From Eledone cirrhosa (Eukaryota), in the NCBI GenBank assembly GCA_964016885.1, contig OZ024740.1, forward strand, positions 441,874,001 to 441,938,000: a stretch of DNA of 64,000 nucleotides, given 5' to 3'. The notes beneath the pieces are model-generated. The model searched no databases. It had not been told where the DNA came from and worked only from the letters and a program-made list of their open reading frames with translations. A program made the translations under genes and the position numbers. Shown here one piece after another: positions 26,202 through 38,621 of this stretch (positions are counted from its first letter, which is position 1; each line of letters begins with the position of its first letter).

Positions 26202-26582
26202 ATATTTGTTTATTGAAAAACAACAACAAAGATTTAATATAATAGGTCTGTTTGGGAACAGGCTTTGAATTGACCAATAGAAAAGTAGTAAGTGGTCAAG
26301 TTGATAGAATAGTAGTAATAGAAATTTAATTTAGGGGTAGAGGAATGCAGACTTAAGTTTTGAATGGAAAGAATACTTTGAATGAAAAGATTACTTTGGG
26401 GATGAAAAGAGGTCAAGCCGGTGAAAGGTACACGAAAATTTGATGTTATTAAAGAATAATGCTAGTGTTAAAATCGAAGGAGAATAAAATTTTAGGGTAA
26501 ATGTTTTAGTGAGAAATACCAATCTTATTTGAAATACAAGGAGTTTAGATATATAACAAGAAATCAAATTAATTTAATTGAT

Positions 26583-26661
<79 letters not shown>

Positions 26662-26753
26662 TATATAGTTAAATATTAGACAGGAACAAAAACAGAGAGG
26701 CAGTACAACTATGAGTTTATTAGGTTCACGCTTTTAAGAGTGGGGTTGGGGAA

Positions 26754-26783
26754 CGACGTTTCGGGCATAAACCCTTCATCAGG
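26754..26783 (-). ncRNA. Minimal PLE-type hammerhead core
   Basis: C-CTGATGA-aGGG TTTATG CCC-GAAA-CG-TC-G; stem I is weak. Confidence 0.6.
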
Positions 26784-27749
26784 AGAAAAGTGGGTAGGAA
26801 TAGAGTTCCGAGGGTGTGTGGGGGAGTGGTGGAAAGACATTTAGAAAAAAGGGGTGAGAGAAAAGGGAAGAAAAACGATTTTAGAAGTACAAATTAAAAT
26901 TAAAATAAACATAAAATAAACATAAAAATAAACAAGAGGTGGAAGGGTGTGAGGCGTGTAGGGGTGGTGGCGGGTGGAGTTGGGACAGGGAGGCGGGGGT
27001 CCGAGCGGGGAGGGCTGAAGGTGGTGTTTGTGTAGGTGTACATGTGTGTGTGCGTGTGTATGTGAATGTGAGAGTTGGGGGAAGAACGAGGTTCCATGTT
27101 CAGGAAAAGGGGAACTGGTGTGTGCATGGGGTGGGGTGTAAGTCGGTGTGTGCGTGCGTGTGGATGGTGAGGGCTCGGGGGGGGGGGATTCCGGAGGCTG
27201 AGTGTGTGTATGTGGGGATACGCACGTGTGTGTTTGTGTTTATACATGGTGTGGACGTAGGTGGTGTGGTTCGAAATAAATGTGAGTGTTTGTTCGTGGG
27301 TAAGTTCCTAAAGTAGTTCCGTGGAGTGTACGATAAGATGTTGTATATATCTCATGTTATAGAGTGGATAGCTGGAACGATGACCGGTGGTGTGAAATCC
27401 ATTTGTGGTGGTGGTCGGAAGTGGAGAGATGTGGGGTGCGCGCGCAACAGGAAGTGGTCAGAGGGTCAAGGCAAGGTGAAGAGATAGCAGTAGAGGAGGA
27501 TGACAGGTGAAGAAATGGTCTGTATCTGGTGTAGAATGTGTGTCTGTGTGTGGGTTAGAGGTGGTTGGGTGTGTGGAGTGGGTGGTGTACGTAGGTGTGG
27601 GTGGCTGTGTGTGTGATGATGTGTGTTCGTGTGCGTGGGGTCGGGGGGTTGTTAGTGATATTAGTTGTGGGATGGTCGGAGTGGATGTGGGTGAGGGTTA
27701 GTGGTGGTAGTAGGATGTGTGGATAGTGTGAGTACACAGCTGAGTAAAC

Positions 27750-27800
27750 TGGAGCAATGTGAAATAAAGTGTCTTGCTCAAGGAAACAACACATTATGAC
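27750..27800. mobile_element. SINE fragment
   Basis: ACTGGAGCAATGTGAAATAAAGTGTCTTGCTCAAGGAAACAAC resembles a common SINE core; related diverged sequence near 62495-62630. Confidence 0.5.
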
Positions 27801-28213
27801 CAATCAAAATTGTTTTGACTACAAGAACTGTTGCAACACGAATTGGCACGAAATTAATAGTGCTTATTCACGTGACATTCAACAACCAACCAAATCTTAA
27901 TGCCTCCCAAGCCACTTTTTTCACACAAAACAGGAAAAATTTCCAAAACTGATCAGATTAGAGCAAACATCACGGGCGCTCTATCTCAAAATTATTTTTG
28001 AAAAGCATTAGAAATGCGCAACCGGTAAAAACTTAAAACTAAAACTGAATACTAACTAATACTTATTACTAATTTATACTTATTCCTAATTAAACTATTT
28101 TTCACTGGAAAAAATTTGTCAGCATTATCTTTTCCTTTTTACTAATATATCACAACTCGTGTGTCACACCTCTATTTTTTTTAAATATCATATCCCCACA
28201 TGAGATACAGAAA

Positions 28214-29499
28214 ATGCCAACAAAAACAGATACAACTCTTATCAACATAAATGAAGAGATTCTACAGGAACTCAAGAAAATTAACACCAACCTGTCTGTG
28301 CTAGTCGACAAACTTGACTCCACAAACCCTCCGAAATCGGCGATAAACTTCAAAACCTTTGCGATACTATCCAAACTATGTTCACTACTACCAACACAGG
28401 AAAAAACCAACGAAGAACCATGTGAGATTGATTCATACAAAATGAAAAATCAAAAAATCCCAAAATGAAACAAATCCCTCAGAAACAGAAAGTTCTCATT
28501 CTGGAAGATGATACAAAATCACAACAAAGCAGAGATATATGAACAATGGCTTAACTCAACCCCTTTAACTCTCCCCCGTAAAATACAAATAAAATCCATT
28601 CCAAATGAACCCGAGCCTCAAAGACGCCTTGGGGAAAGAATGGCATTGGAAAAAATCAAGCCAGAAATTGAACTTCTTAAATTGAGGGCCCAGACAAATG
28701 AGGAAAAAATCAAAACCATCGATGAACAGATCCTCCTTGAAACCAACAATAAGACTGAAGGCCCCAACATAGAGAAGATCTCTAAATTATGGAAAGAGGA
28801 CTGCAACAGACAGGAGCTGAAATCCCTTCAGCGCTGGGAAAAAAGTGCCGCTTGGTTGCTAAGCTATGAATCGATTTTTCAAACGGATTACATCTCCAAT
28901 AACCCGTTCATAAAAATAGGAAAACCCATAACCCTACCGCACAACAACTTCGCAAACCCCCCAGCTACTAACAAAAGAAGAAAGAAGCACCACACCGAAG
29001 ATGAACTTCCCAACCTCGCTTCCATAAGGAGGAACAAAAACCCTAGAAATCATCACCCCTGAATGACATTTACAACTTTCCCCCTTCAAGGAGATACCAT
29101 ACCAAATCACTCAACTACTACGCGGATGCTTCATCGACAAACATAGGGAAAAGATACCACCACCATGATAGATGTAACAACTTCCCCGCCACAAGGGGAC
29201 AGCAAGGTAATTTCCATTTTCTCAACTCTCGCTTCCACAATACACAACAAACCCACACCACACGATACAACCAACAACGTAGGCCATCTATAACACCACA
29301 ATCCAACATGGCACATAGAAACACACATCCATACTCGCAATACAGGAACACTCCATTCAATTCACAACCACGAACCCGAACCACATTTTACAACAACAAG
29401 GAATATAACAAACACAGGAGACCACTTAACATCAGCAGACAACCCCTATACCCCAACTATTTTTTGGACACAGCACACAGATACAGGCAAACGAAATAA
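28214..29499 (+). pseudogene. ORF1 of Neptune copy 2
   Basis: Homologous to 15139-16738; several frameshifts and stops. Confidence 0.7.
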
Positions 29500-30792
29500 C
29501 ACAAGACAGGGAGGAGAAACCGAGAGTAATAAAAATTATCAATTTAACTAGTGCAGAACCAACTCCCAACCTTATCAATTTACTCTCCAAAGGTCTTAAA
29601 TTCACCCCCCCCCCCCCCCTACGTCCAAACTACTATGAAATGGAGGAAGTCATCACAGACTTCTGTAGAAAGTTACAACACAGTGAAGAACTATTCGACC
29701 AGTACAATGAGGATGAATCATTAGCCAGAAATAGAAGCAACTACACCCCATCAAAAGGTCGAAATAAAATCCTGGACGAATTCTGTGAACACATCACAAA
29801 CTTCCCTTACCAACACTTGCACAGACAAAAACACAAGCCAAACTTCAACAAGAAAAATGGGAAGAATTAAATAGATTAAAAACCGACAGAACTATTACAA
29901 TTAAAGAGGCTCATAAATGGAGTGCAGTACTCCTAATTGAGACAGAATTCTATATCAACTTAACGCTCTCCACTTTGGAAAACGAAACATACTACGAAAA
30001 GGCTGAACACTACAATCAGCACAAAATTATGAGAAACCTAAAAAATCTGATCAACCCATACAAAGAAGGACTCACTAACAAGGAAATTCAGCTTCATCAC
30101 AGACTTCACAAGTAAATCCAGCCTTTTCTGCGGTATCCCTAAAGTACCTAAAAGCGAATTAATAAGTAAGGCATGCAAGGAAGCCACAAACTTAGTCATC
30201 AATGTCCCCTCACCTAATAATCTCAAATTAAGACCTATAATAGCAGGCGCCGCTATTCAGGAATCTCACTTTATTAACAAATACGGACCCCGTCTAAACA
30301 CTTCTTCCTAAGACGAACCCACAACATACACCCGTTGACATACATAACTAAATCAGCATACATATCTACATACATTTCTATCCACATATAAACACAATGA
30401 CATACGTAAACACACATGTTCTATGGTGCAACACAAATATACACAAATTCGCATACCTTTTGATGTTTATAGATATACACGTGCCGACACGCACACATAC
30501 ACATACGCACACATGTATTGCACATTGATGGGCACATACATATTTGTACACAAGTATCCCATACGGCAGGGTCTAATGGATTCCCCTTGCAGTACGTACA
30601 ATCTGGACTCACACACACCTTGTTGTTATACAGTATTATACATCATTTCACCTCTTTTATTATTTTATTATTGATGTTATTAATGTTCTTTGAGAGAATC
30701 GTTTTTGCAAATGACTGAAAATATCGAATAATGTACGCCATTTTTACCAGTACCACAAAAATACTGGTCCATCCACACAAACACACACACAC

Positions 30793-30894
<102 letters not shown>

Positions 30895-31154
30895 TGCATG
30901 CACACGCGAACACTAACATGCAGACAGACATACACACACACACACACACTTCTCCGTATAAGACAAGAGCTGAAAAATATGTTTCAACATGTTAAAATAA
31001 CCCCCCGCCCCACACACACACACACACGTACACACACATTCCTAGTGACCGATTCATTTTCATTATCATAACAATGAACCGCTTTGCTACACATACACAC
31101 ACATATTTATCTTAATAGACACCTGGACTGTTGACCTCACAACATGACTGTAAC

Positions 31155-31757
31155 TCAATCAAGCGGAAAAGGACACTCTTCGACAAACCTACATTTCGTG
31201 TTTAGACGGGGTCCGTAGTTGTTAAGAAAGTGAGATTCCTTGCTTATGCGCTGGGTGGGGGTGGAATTATCTTTAAATTTGTAGAGGGGAAATATTCTAA
31301 AGTTGGGATGATTTGGGGCGGCACAGGTATCAATGTGTTCACTCAGTGCTATTTTTCTGTATTCCCGTATTTTGATTTGGGATCTATGGACAGTCATGCG
31401 TTGGCGGAGGCTTAATTTAGCCTGGCCTATGTATTGTTCTCGACAACCTGATCAATTTAATACATATATTAGGTTTTCTGATGCGCATGTGAAATTGTGT
31501 TTTACTATAAAACGTCCTTGTTTGAAATAGAATTCTGAACCCTCTATTAGTTTGATGCATATACCACAGTTGGGTCTATCGCATTGTTTTACTGTGGCTT
31601 TCGTTGTTGTGGTTGGCAGTACTTTGGCATGTGTTAGGTTGTTTTTCATTGACTTAGATTGTCTTTTGCTCTTTATGATATCGTGTGTTCGAAGGATTTG
31701 GTTCATTCTATGGTCCTTTTTTAATACAGGGATGTTCTGGAGGACGGTGTCAAAAGT
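31155..31757 (-). pseudogene. Inverted Neptune-type GIY-YIG fragment (duplicate at 38825-39427)
   Basis: CDRPNCGIC...FTCASENLIYVLN...YIGQ...HRSQI...SEHIDTC. Confidence 0.88.
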
Positions 31758-31960
31758 AGGGCAAAAATCACGAGCACTCTATCTCAAAATTATTTTTGAA
31801 AAGCATAAGAAATGCGCAACCTGTAAATACTTAAAACTAAAACTGAATACTAACTAATACCTATTACTAATTTATACTTATTCCTAATTAAACTATTTTT
31901 CACTGGGAAAAATTTGTCAGCATTTTATTTTCCTTTTTACTAATATATATATATATATAT

Positions 31961-32061
31961 AATGAAGGAAATATGGCAAGGAATCAGGTGGACCATAACG
32001 CACCAAAGTACTCAATACTTAGGGTAGTAGAGTGGGTAATAGGAACAAGTATGACCCCGAC
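31961..32061 (-). mobile_element. Family E tail fragment fused to a LINE (duplicate at 39629-39729)
   Basis: Reverse complement of about 33632-33732. Confidence 0.8.
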
Positions 32062-33248
32062 GAGTGGCTGCGTGACTTCCTAAAGGACAGAAGCCAGGCA
32101 GTCGCAGCAAATGGGGCCCTCTCAAAGGAAACACCAATAACAAGTGGGGTGCCCCAGGGGACAGTCCTGGGACCACTACTGTTTTTGGTGGCTCTCTCAG
32201 ACATGCCCTCTGTAGTGCATACAACAACATCCCTCACTAGCTATGCTGATGACACTAAGGTAGCACAGGCAATCAAAAACCCGGCTGACTCTGCCCTTTT
32301 ACAACAAGATCTTGATGCCATATACAAATGGGCGGAAGAAAACAACATGCCGTTTAATGTTGGCAAATTCCAAGCCCTACAATACAAACCTCCAAACAAA
32401 CCTGCAAATACAAATATAGTACAACACAACTACAGAGCACCAGGAGGGACCGATATCCCCGTGTCAAAATCGATACGAGACCTGGGCATAGACAAGAGCG
32501 ATGATGCATCTTTTTCCTCACACATCATGAAAGTGGCGACAATGTGCAGACGACTCGCTGGCTGGATCTTGAGGACTTTCCGGACAAGAGACCGAGACAC
32601 CATGTTGACACTATGGAGGACATTTGTCCTAAGCCGCCTGGACTAATGTTCCCAGTTGTGGTCACCCCATAGTGTCAAACTAACCACGGAGCTTGAGGCA
32701 ATCCAGCGAAGCTACACCAAGAGGATTGCCACGATGAAGGAGACAAGCTACTGGGAGAGGCTGAAGGAACTGAACCTCTACTCCTTGGAACGAAGACGGG
32801 AGAGATACGCAGTGATCTACATGTGGAAAATCCTGGAGGGACTAGCACCAAACTTTGGAATTGGGAACTGGACCAACCGTCGAACAGGACGTCACTGTGT
32901 GGTGCCAAAGGTCCGTCTTCCACAGCTAGAATAAGGAGCAGGTATTGCAATAGCCTGGGATTCAAGTGCCCTCAACTCTTAAACAAGCTGCCGAGGGATC
33001 TGAGAGATTTGCATGACGTGGAGGTGGATGTCTTCAAGAAACATCTTGACAACTTGTTATCCAGGATCCTGGATGAGACCACAGCAAGGCACGAGGGAAA
33101 CCTAAGGGCAGCAGCAACAAACTCCCTCTTACAGCAGTGGCCAACCTATACAGGCTGGAGATAAAATGTGTAGCAACAAGGGCGCTGCCCCAGCATGGCC
33201 TCAGTCGGATGGCTGAAACAGGTAAAAGAGTAAAAGAGTAAAAGAGTA
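32062..33248 (+). mobile_element. 5'-truncated CR1/L2-group LINE
   Basis: SGVPQGTVLGPLLF, YADDTK, LQQDLD, DLGI, LDYCSQLWSP (stop here), LYSLERRR; (GTAAAAGA)n tail. Confidence 0.9.
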
Positions 33249-33274
33249 TATATATATTTTTATTTTATAGAAGG

Positions 33275-33325
33275 AGCTTCTACAGGACTAGTACTGTTTC
33301 ATTCAGATGAAATCTTCAGGAAGCT
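33275..33325 (-). ncRNA. Intact type I hammerhead (inverted copy)
   Basis: Exact reverse complement of 33358-33408. Confidence 0.85.
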
Positions 33326-33357
33326 GGGTGTCATATTAAGAACTTAATATGACACCC

Positions 33358-33408
33358 AGCTTCCTGAAGATTTCATCTGAATGAAACAGTACTAGTCCTG
33401 TAGAAGCT
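33358..33408 (+). ncRNA. Intact type I hammerhead, family A
   Basis: AGCTTC-CTGAAGA-T TTCA TC TGAA T-GAAA-CAG TACTAGTC CTG-TA-GAAGCT. Confidence 0.88.
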
Positions 33409-33492
33409 CCTTCTAGAAAATAAAAAAATTTTACTCTGCCATGTATTGTACCTTACTTACTGTGGTTATCCCCGACTCAACCCGGGACCTAC

Positions 33493-33540
<48 letters not shown>

Positions 33541-33543
<3 letters not shown>

Positions 33544-33732
33544 AACCAGTAAGACCCCGACAGCTGAGCTCAAGCCGTTTCGACGGCTAATTCTGGACTG
33601 AATTAGCCGTCGAAACGGCTTGAGCTCAGCTGTCGGAGTCTTACTGGTTCCTATTACCCACTCTACTACCTCAAGTATTGAGTACTTTGGTGCGTTATGG
33701 TCCACCTGTTTCCTTACCACATTTCCTTCGTT
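33541..33732 (+). mobile_element. Fold-back mini-element, family E (arms 33541-33593 and 33600-33652, plus tail)
   Basis: Palindrome around TGGACT; carries the 3' half of a hammerhead, GAAA-CGGC TTGAGCTCA GCTG-TC-GGAGTC. Confidence 0.85.
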
Positions 33733-33808
33733 ATATATATATATATATATATATATATTAATAAAGTAATGAATAAACAAAGAAACAGTTCCTTATATTA
33801 AAGAAATT

Positions 33809-33948
33809 CATCATTTTACGATCGTTTCTAGGATATATATGTGTTAGTGTTGGTATGCATATTCAATAGATCTATGTAAAATATTTATACAAACTATCAG
33901 AGGGAATATACATACCTACACATATATATGCTGTCTTCAGAAATAATG
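33809..33948 (-). ncRNA. Hammerhead, family J (second copy)
   Basis: Same fold as 26066-26201; lies 3' of the Nematis-type fragment at 35040-36040. Confidence 0.82.
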
Positions 33949-34673
33949 ATATTTGTTTATTGAAAAAAACAAAGATTTAATACAATAGGTCTGTTTGGGA
34001 ACAGGTTTTGAATTGACCAATAGAAAGATAGTGAGGGTCAAGATAGTAATATAGTAGTAAAAGAACCTTAATTTATGGGTAGAGGAAGGTAGATTACAGT
34101 TTTGGATGGAAAAGAATATTATGAATGAAAGATTATTTTAGGGATGAAAATAGGTCGTATACTGACCTCAGAAATAATTATATTTGTTCATTGAATAAAA
34201 CCAACAAAGATTTAATATAGTCTGTCTGTTTGGTAACAGGTTTAGAATTAACCAATAGAAAGTTAATAATTGGCCAAATGGTAAAATAGTAGTAATTGAA
34301 GTTTATTTTAGGGGTAGAAGAAGGTAGATTTCAGTTTTGAATGGAGTGTGAAGAATGAGAAGGTTATTTTAGGGGTGAAAATAGGTCAGGTCAGTAAATG
34401 GTATACGAACAGTTGCTGTTATAAAATAGTAATGCCAATGCAAATATCTAAGGAGACTAAAATTTTACGATAAGAGTGTTAGTGAAAAAAATACATCCAT
34501 GAAAAGAATATAAATTAATTTAATTGATGGGTATATTTATATTGATAAAATTATACTAATGCATATAGATATGATAAATAAGAGTTAGATGTAGTTGAAG
34601 AGTGCTGTTAAAGATGAGGGGAAATTAAAAGAATATAAAAATAATATATATATACACACACACCTACACACTC

Positions 34674-34762
<89 letters not shown>

Positions 34763-35039
34763 CATACACACACATACACATACATATAATTATTGGGGGG
34801 GGGTAAATTTATTAGTGAGAAATAATAAATATATAGAGATTTCAAGGAACATAGAGTCATAACCTAAAATTAAAGCATTATATATGTTTACTTAATGGTA
34901 TCAGTTTTAGGAAATGATAGTTGTAAGAAGGAAAGTAAAATTATGTAGTTCATCAGTAGTAGAATATTAATTATAGGTTAACTAAATTAAAAACAGTTTA
35001 TATATTAATTTCTAAAATGTATATTAATTAGGTTTATAA

Positions 35040-36040
35040 TATTTAAAGGTTTTTCTCAGTTTATGATTACACGATATTATTAATTCCTGTCGCTTATTTA
35101 ATAGGATATCCTTAGATTTCATTATTTCAAAAAGTTCTTGGGAACATAATCTACATTCATATCTATTATTTTGATAAGGGGTGGCCCTTTTGAGCACACT
35201 CCAGGTCAGGTCATAATCTATATTCCTCTTTCTATAATTATTAATTATTTCAGCTAGAGATGTTGTATTAGCTAGTGCGGCATTTTAAAAACTATGTTTG
35301 TGGGTATTAAATCTTACCTTAAATTTGTTAGAGGTAGCTCCTATATATGAATAAATTGAGTACTTAGTGTTAACTTTACATTTATATACTATGTTATTAA
35401 CAAGGCAATTTCCTTTATAATGGGCAGTTTGCCTTGTTTCTACAGTTACAACTTTTCGTTAATCTGTATCCGAGGAGATATTATGGTTAGTTTGATGTAC
35501 TGGTGGTATACTCATGGTTTTTTTACATTTATATGCATTGTAGGCACTTATATTTTGTTTTATGTTTTTGGTTGTTGAGTAGGAGAATTTAACCGTTGAT
35601 CTATTTAAAATTTGATGGTATTTGTGGTTTGGCGGGAAGTTCTTCTCTAGGATATTAAAAAATTTTTTAGGTATATTATCCTTAATTTGTAAATTAAATG
35701 GAGCATTATACCAAGTAACTCGTCTATTACGGTTTCGATGTTGTTTATTGTTTTTATAGGATGTATCCTGATGTTTATTAAGAGAATTATTGTTAATGAC
35801 TTCACCACACACATTTTTAGTTAGATTTATTGATTTAGGTGTTTTAGCTTGTTTATTAGGAGTTTTATTATTACCATTTATTAGAGTTGTAGGATGAGTA
35901 GTTTTTTGAGAGTTACTATATTGTATATTAGAAGAGTTAGAGAAATTTGGTTTTATGTTGGTATTTTGGGGTATAGTGTGGGTGGCATTTAGGTGTGTAT
36001 GTTTCATTTGGTGTTTGTTGGTAATATTAGGTTGTGTGTT
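35040..36040 (-). pseudogene. Nematis-type PLE C-terminus/GIY-YIG, disrupted
   Basis: [11 protein letters not shown]...[23 protein letters not shown]; NCRNKANCPL; IVYKCKV..YIGATSNKFKVRFNTHKHSF; CRLC. Confidence 0.88.
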
Positions 36041-36115
36041 TGTATATATATACATATATATATACATATATATATAAACATATGTATATACATATATATA
36101 CATATATATATATAC

Positions 36116-36208
<93 letters not shown>

Positions 36209-36329
36209 CACATATATATAGATATATACATATATATATACATCTATATATACATATATATATACATATATATATATATACATATATAAATATACATATA
36301 TATATATATATATACCTATATATATATAC

Positions 36330-36364
<35 letters not shown>

Positions 36365-36366
<2 letters not shown>

Positions 36367-36799
36367 AATATAATAGTTAAAAGAATAGAGGTGTAACACA
36401 CAAGTTATTATATATTGGTAAACGGAATAGAAAATGCTGACAAATTGTTCACAGTTGAAAATTGGTTTAATTAGGAATAAAAGAGTATTAGTGATTGTAT
36501 GGGTTAGTATTCAGTTGTGGTTTTAAGTTTTTAAGTTTTTACCGGTTGCGCATTTCTAAATGCTTTTCAAAAATAATTTTGAGATAGAGTGTCCGTGCTG
36601 TTTGAACAGCACGGACACTCTATCTCAAAATTATTTTTGAAAAGCATTTAGAAATGCGCAACCGGTAAAAACTTAAAAACTTAAAACCACAACTGAATAC
36701 TAACCCATACAATCACTAATACTCTTTTATTCCTAATTAAACCAATTTTCAACTGTGAACAATTTGTCAGCATTTTCTATTCCGTTTACCAATATATAA
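36365..36799 (-). mobile_element. Solo fold-back pseudo-LTR, family K (perfect arms 36408-36602 and 36605-36799)
   Basis: Palindrome with a 2-nt loop; tail AACTTGTGTGTTACACCTCTATT matches 28154-28176 upstream of Neptune ORF1. Confidence 0.88.
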
Positions 36800-36847
36800 A
36801 TATATATACATATATATACATATATATATATACATATATATATAGAC

Positions 36848-36878
<31 letters not shown>

Positions 36879-37182
36879 AAACATGAGAAGAAAGAAGAAT
36901 ACTGCGTGGTTTGTACATGGGTTACAAAGGATAAAAATAGTCCTTCGTCAGTGATTTTCCAACCATCATTGGTATTTCATCGCATATATATATACTGGAT
37001 CTCATGTAAAAGTCGACACTAGCATAGTTGATTTTTTTATTTGTCTTTTCTTAATATGTTATTCTTTGTCTAGGACTTCTGATATTTTCTTAGGAAAGCA
37101 AAGTTTTTGCATTGGCCTCTAAAGTGGTCCCCGAGGAGCCCACGTGCCATCAGACAAGCTGACGACCTGGCCAGTCCACCAC

Positions 37183-37214
<32 letters not shown>

Positions 37215-37400
37215 AAAAATAATGATAAAGATTTGAAAACAGCACATAATGTGTTTTTATTATATATATGTTAGGCGTTCAAATGTTATAAGTTCAAATC
37301 CCGCCGAGGTCAACTTTGTCTTTCATCCTTACGGTGTCTATAAAATAAAGTACCAGTAATACACTTACAGATGTATGTGTGTGTAACGTATTTTCTAAGA

Positions 37401-37693
<293 letters not shown>

Positions 37694-37703
37694 CGTGTGC
37701 GTA

Positions 37704-38583
37704 AATTCTATATCAACTTAGCGCTCTCCACTTTGGAAAACGAAACATACTACGAAAAGGCTGAACACTACAATCACCAGAAAATTATGAGAAACCTAAA
37801 AAATCTGATCAACCCATACAAAGAAGGACTCACTAACAAGGAATTCAGCTTCATCACAGACTTCACAAGTAAATCCAGCCTTTTCTGCGGTATCCCTAAA
37901 GTACCTAAAAGCGAATTAATAAGTAAGGCATGCAAGGAAGCCACAAACTTAGTCATCAATGTCCCCTCACCTAATAATCTCAAATTAAGACCTATAATAG
38001 CAGGCCCCGCTATTCAGGAATCTCGCCTTATTAACAAATACGGACCCCGTCTAAACACTTCTTCCTAAGACGAACCCACAACATACACCCGTTGACATAC
38101 ATAACTAAATCAGCATACATATCTACATACATTTCTATCCACATATAAACACAATGACATACGTAAACACACATGTTCTATGGTGCAACACAAATATACA
38201 CAAATTCGCATACCTTTTGATGTTTATAGATATACACGTGCCGACACGCACACATACACATACGCACACATGTATTGCACATTGATGGGCACATACATAT
38301 TTGTACACAAGTATCCCATACGGCAGGGTCTAATGGATTCCCCTTGCAGTACGTACAATCTGGACTCACACACACCTTGTTGTTATACAGTATTATACAT
38401 CATTTCACCTCTTTTATTATTTTATTATTGATGTTATTAATGTTCTTTGAGAGAATCGTTTTTGCAAATGACTGAAAATATCGAATAATGTACGCCATTT
38501 TTACCAGTACCACAAAAATACTGGTCCATCCACACACACAAACACACCAACGCATGCACACGCAAACAATAACATACAGACAG

Positions 38584-38621
<38 letters not shown>

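Larger units (their letters stand above)
33257..33493 (+). mobile_element. Fold-back mini-element related to family A (arms 33257-33340 and 33343-33426, plus tail)
   Basis: Near-perfect palindrome with a 2-nt loop; tail is homologous to the reverse complement of 8710-8790. Confidence 0.9.

Noticed and set aside
37150-37182. CTGACGA in a short (TA)n-bounded fragment
   Set aside because: No downstream GAAA before the (TA)n, so it is insufficient for a ribozyme call.
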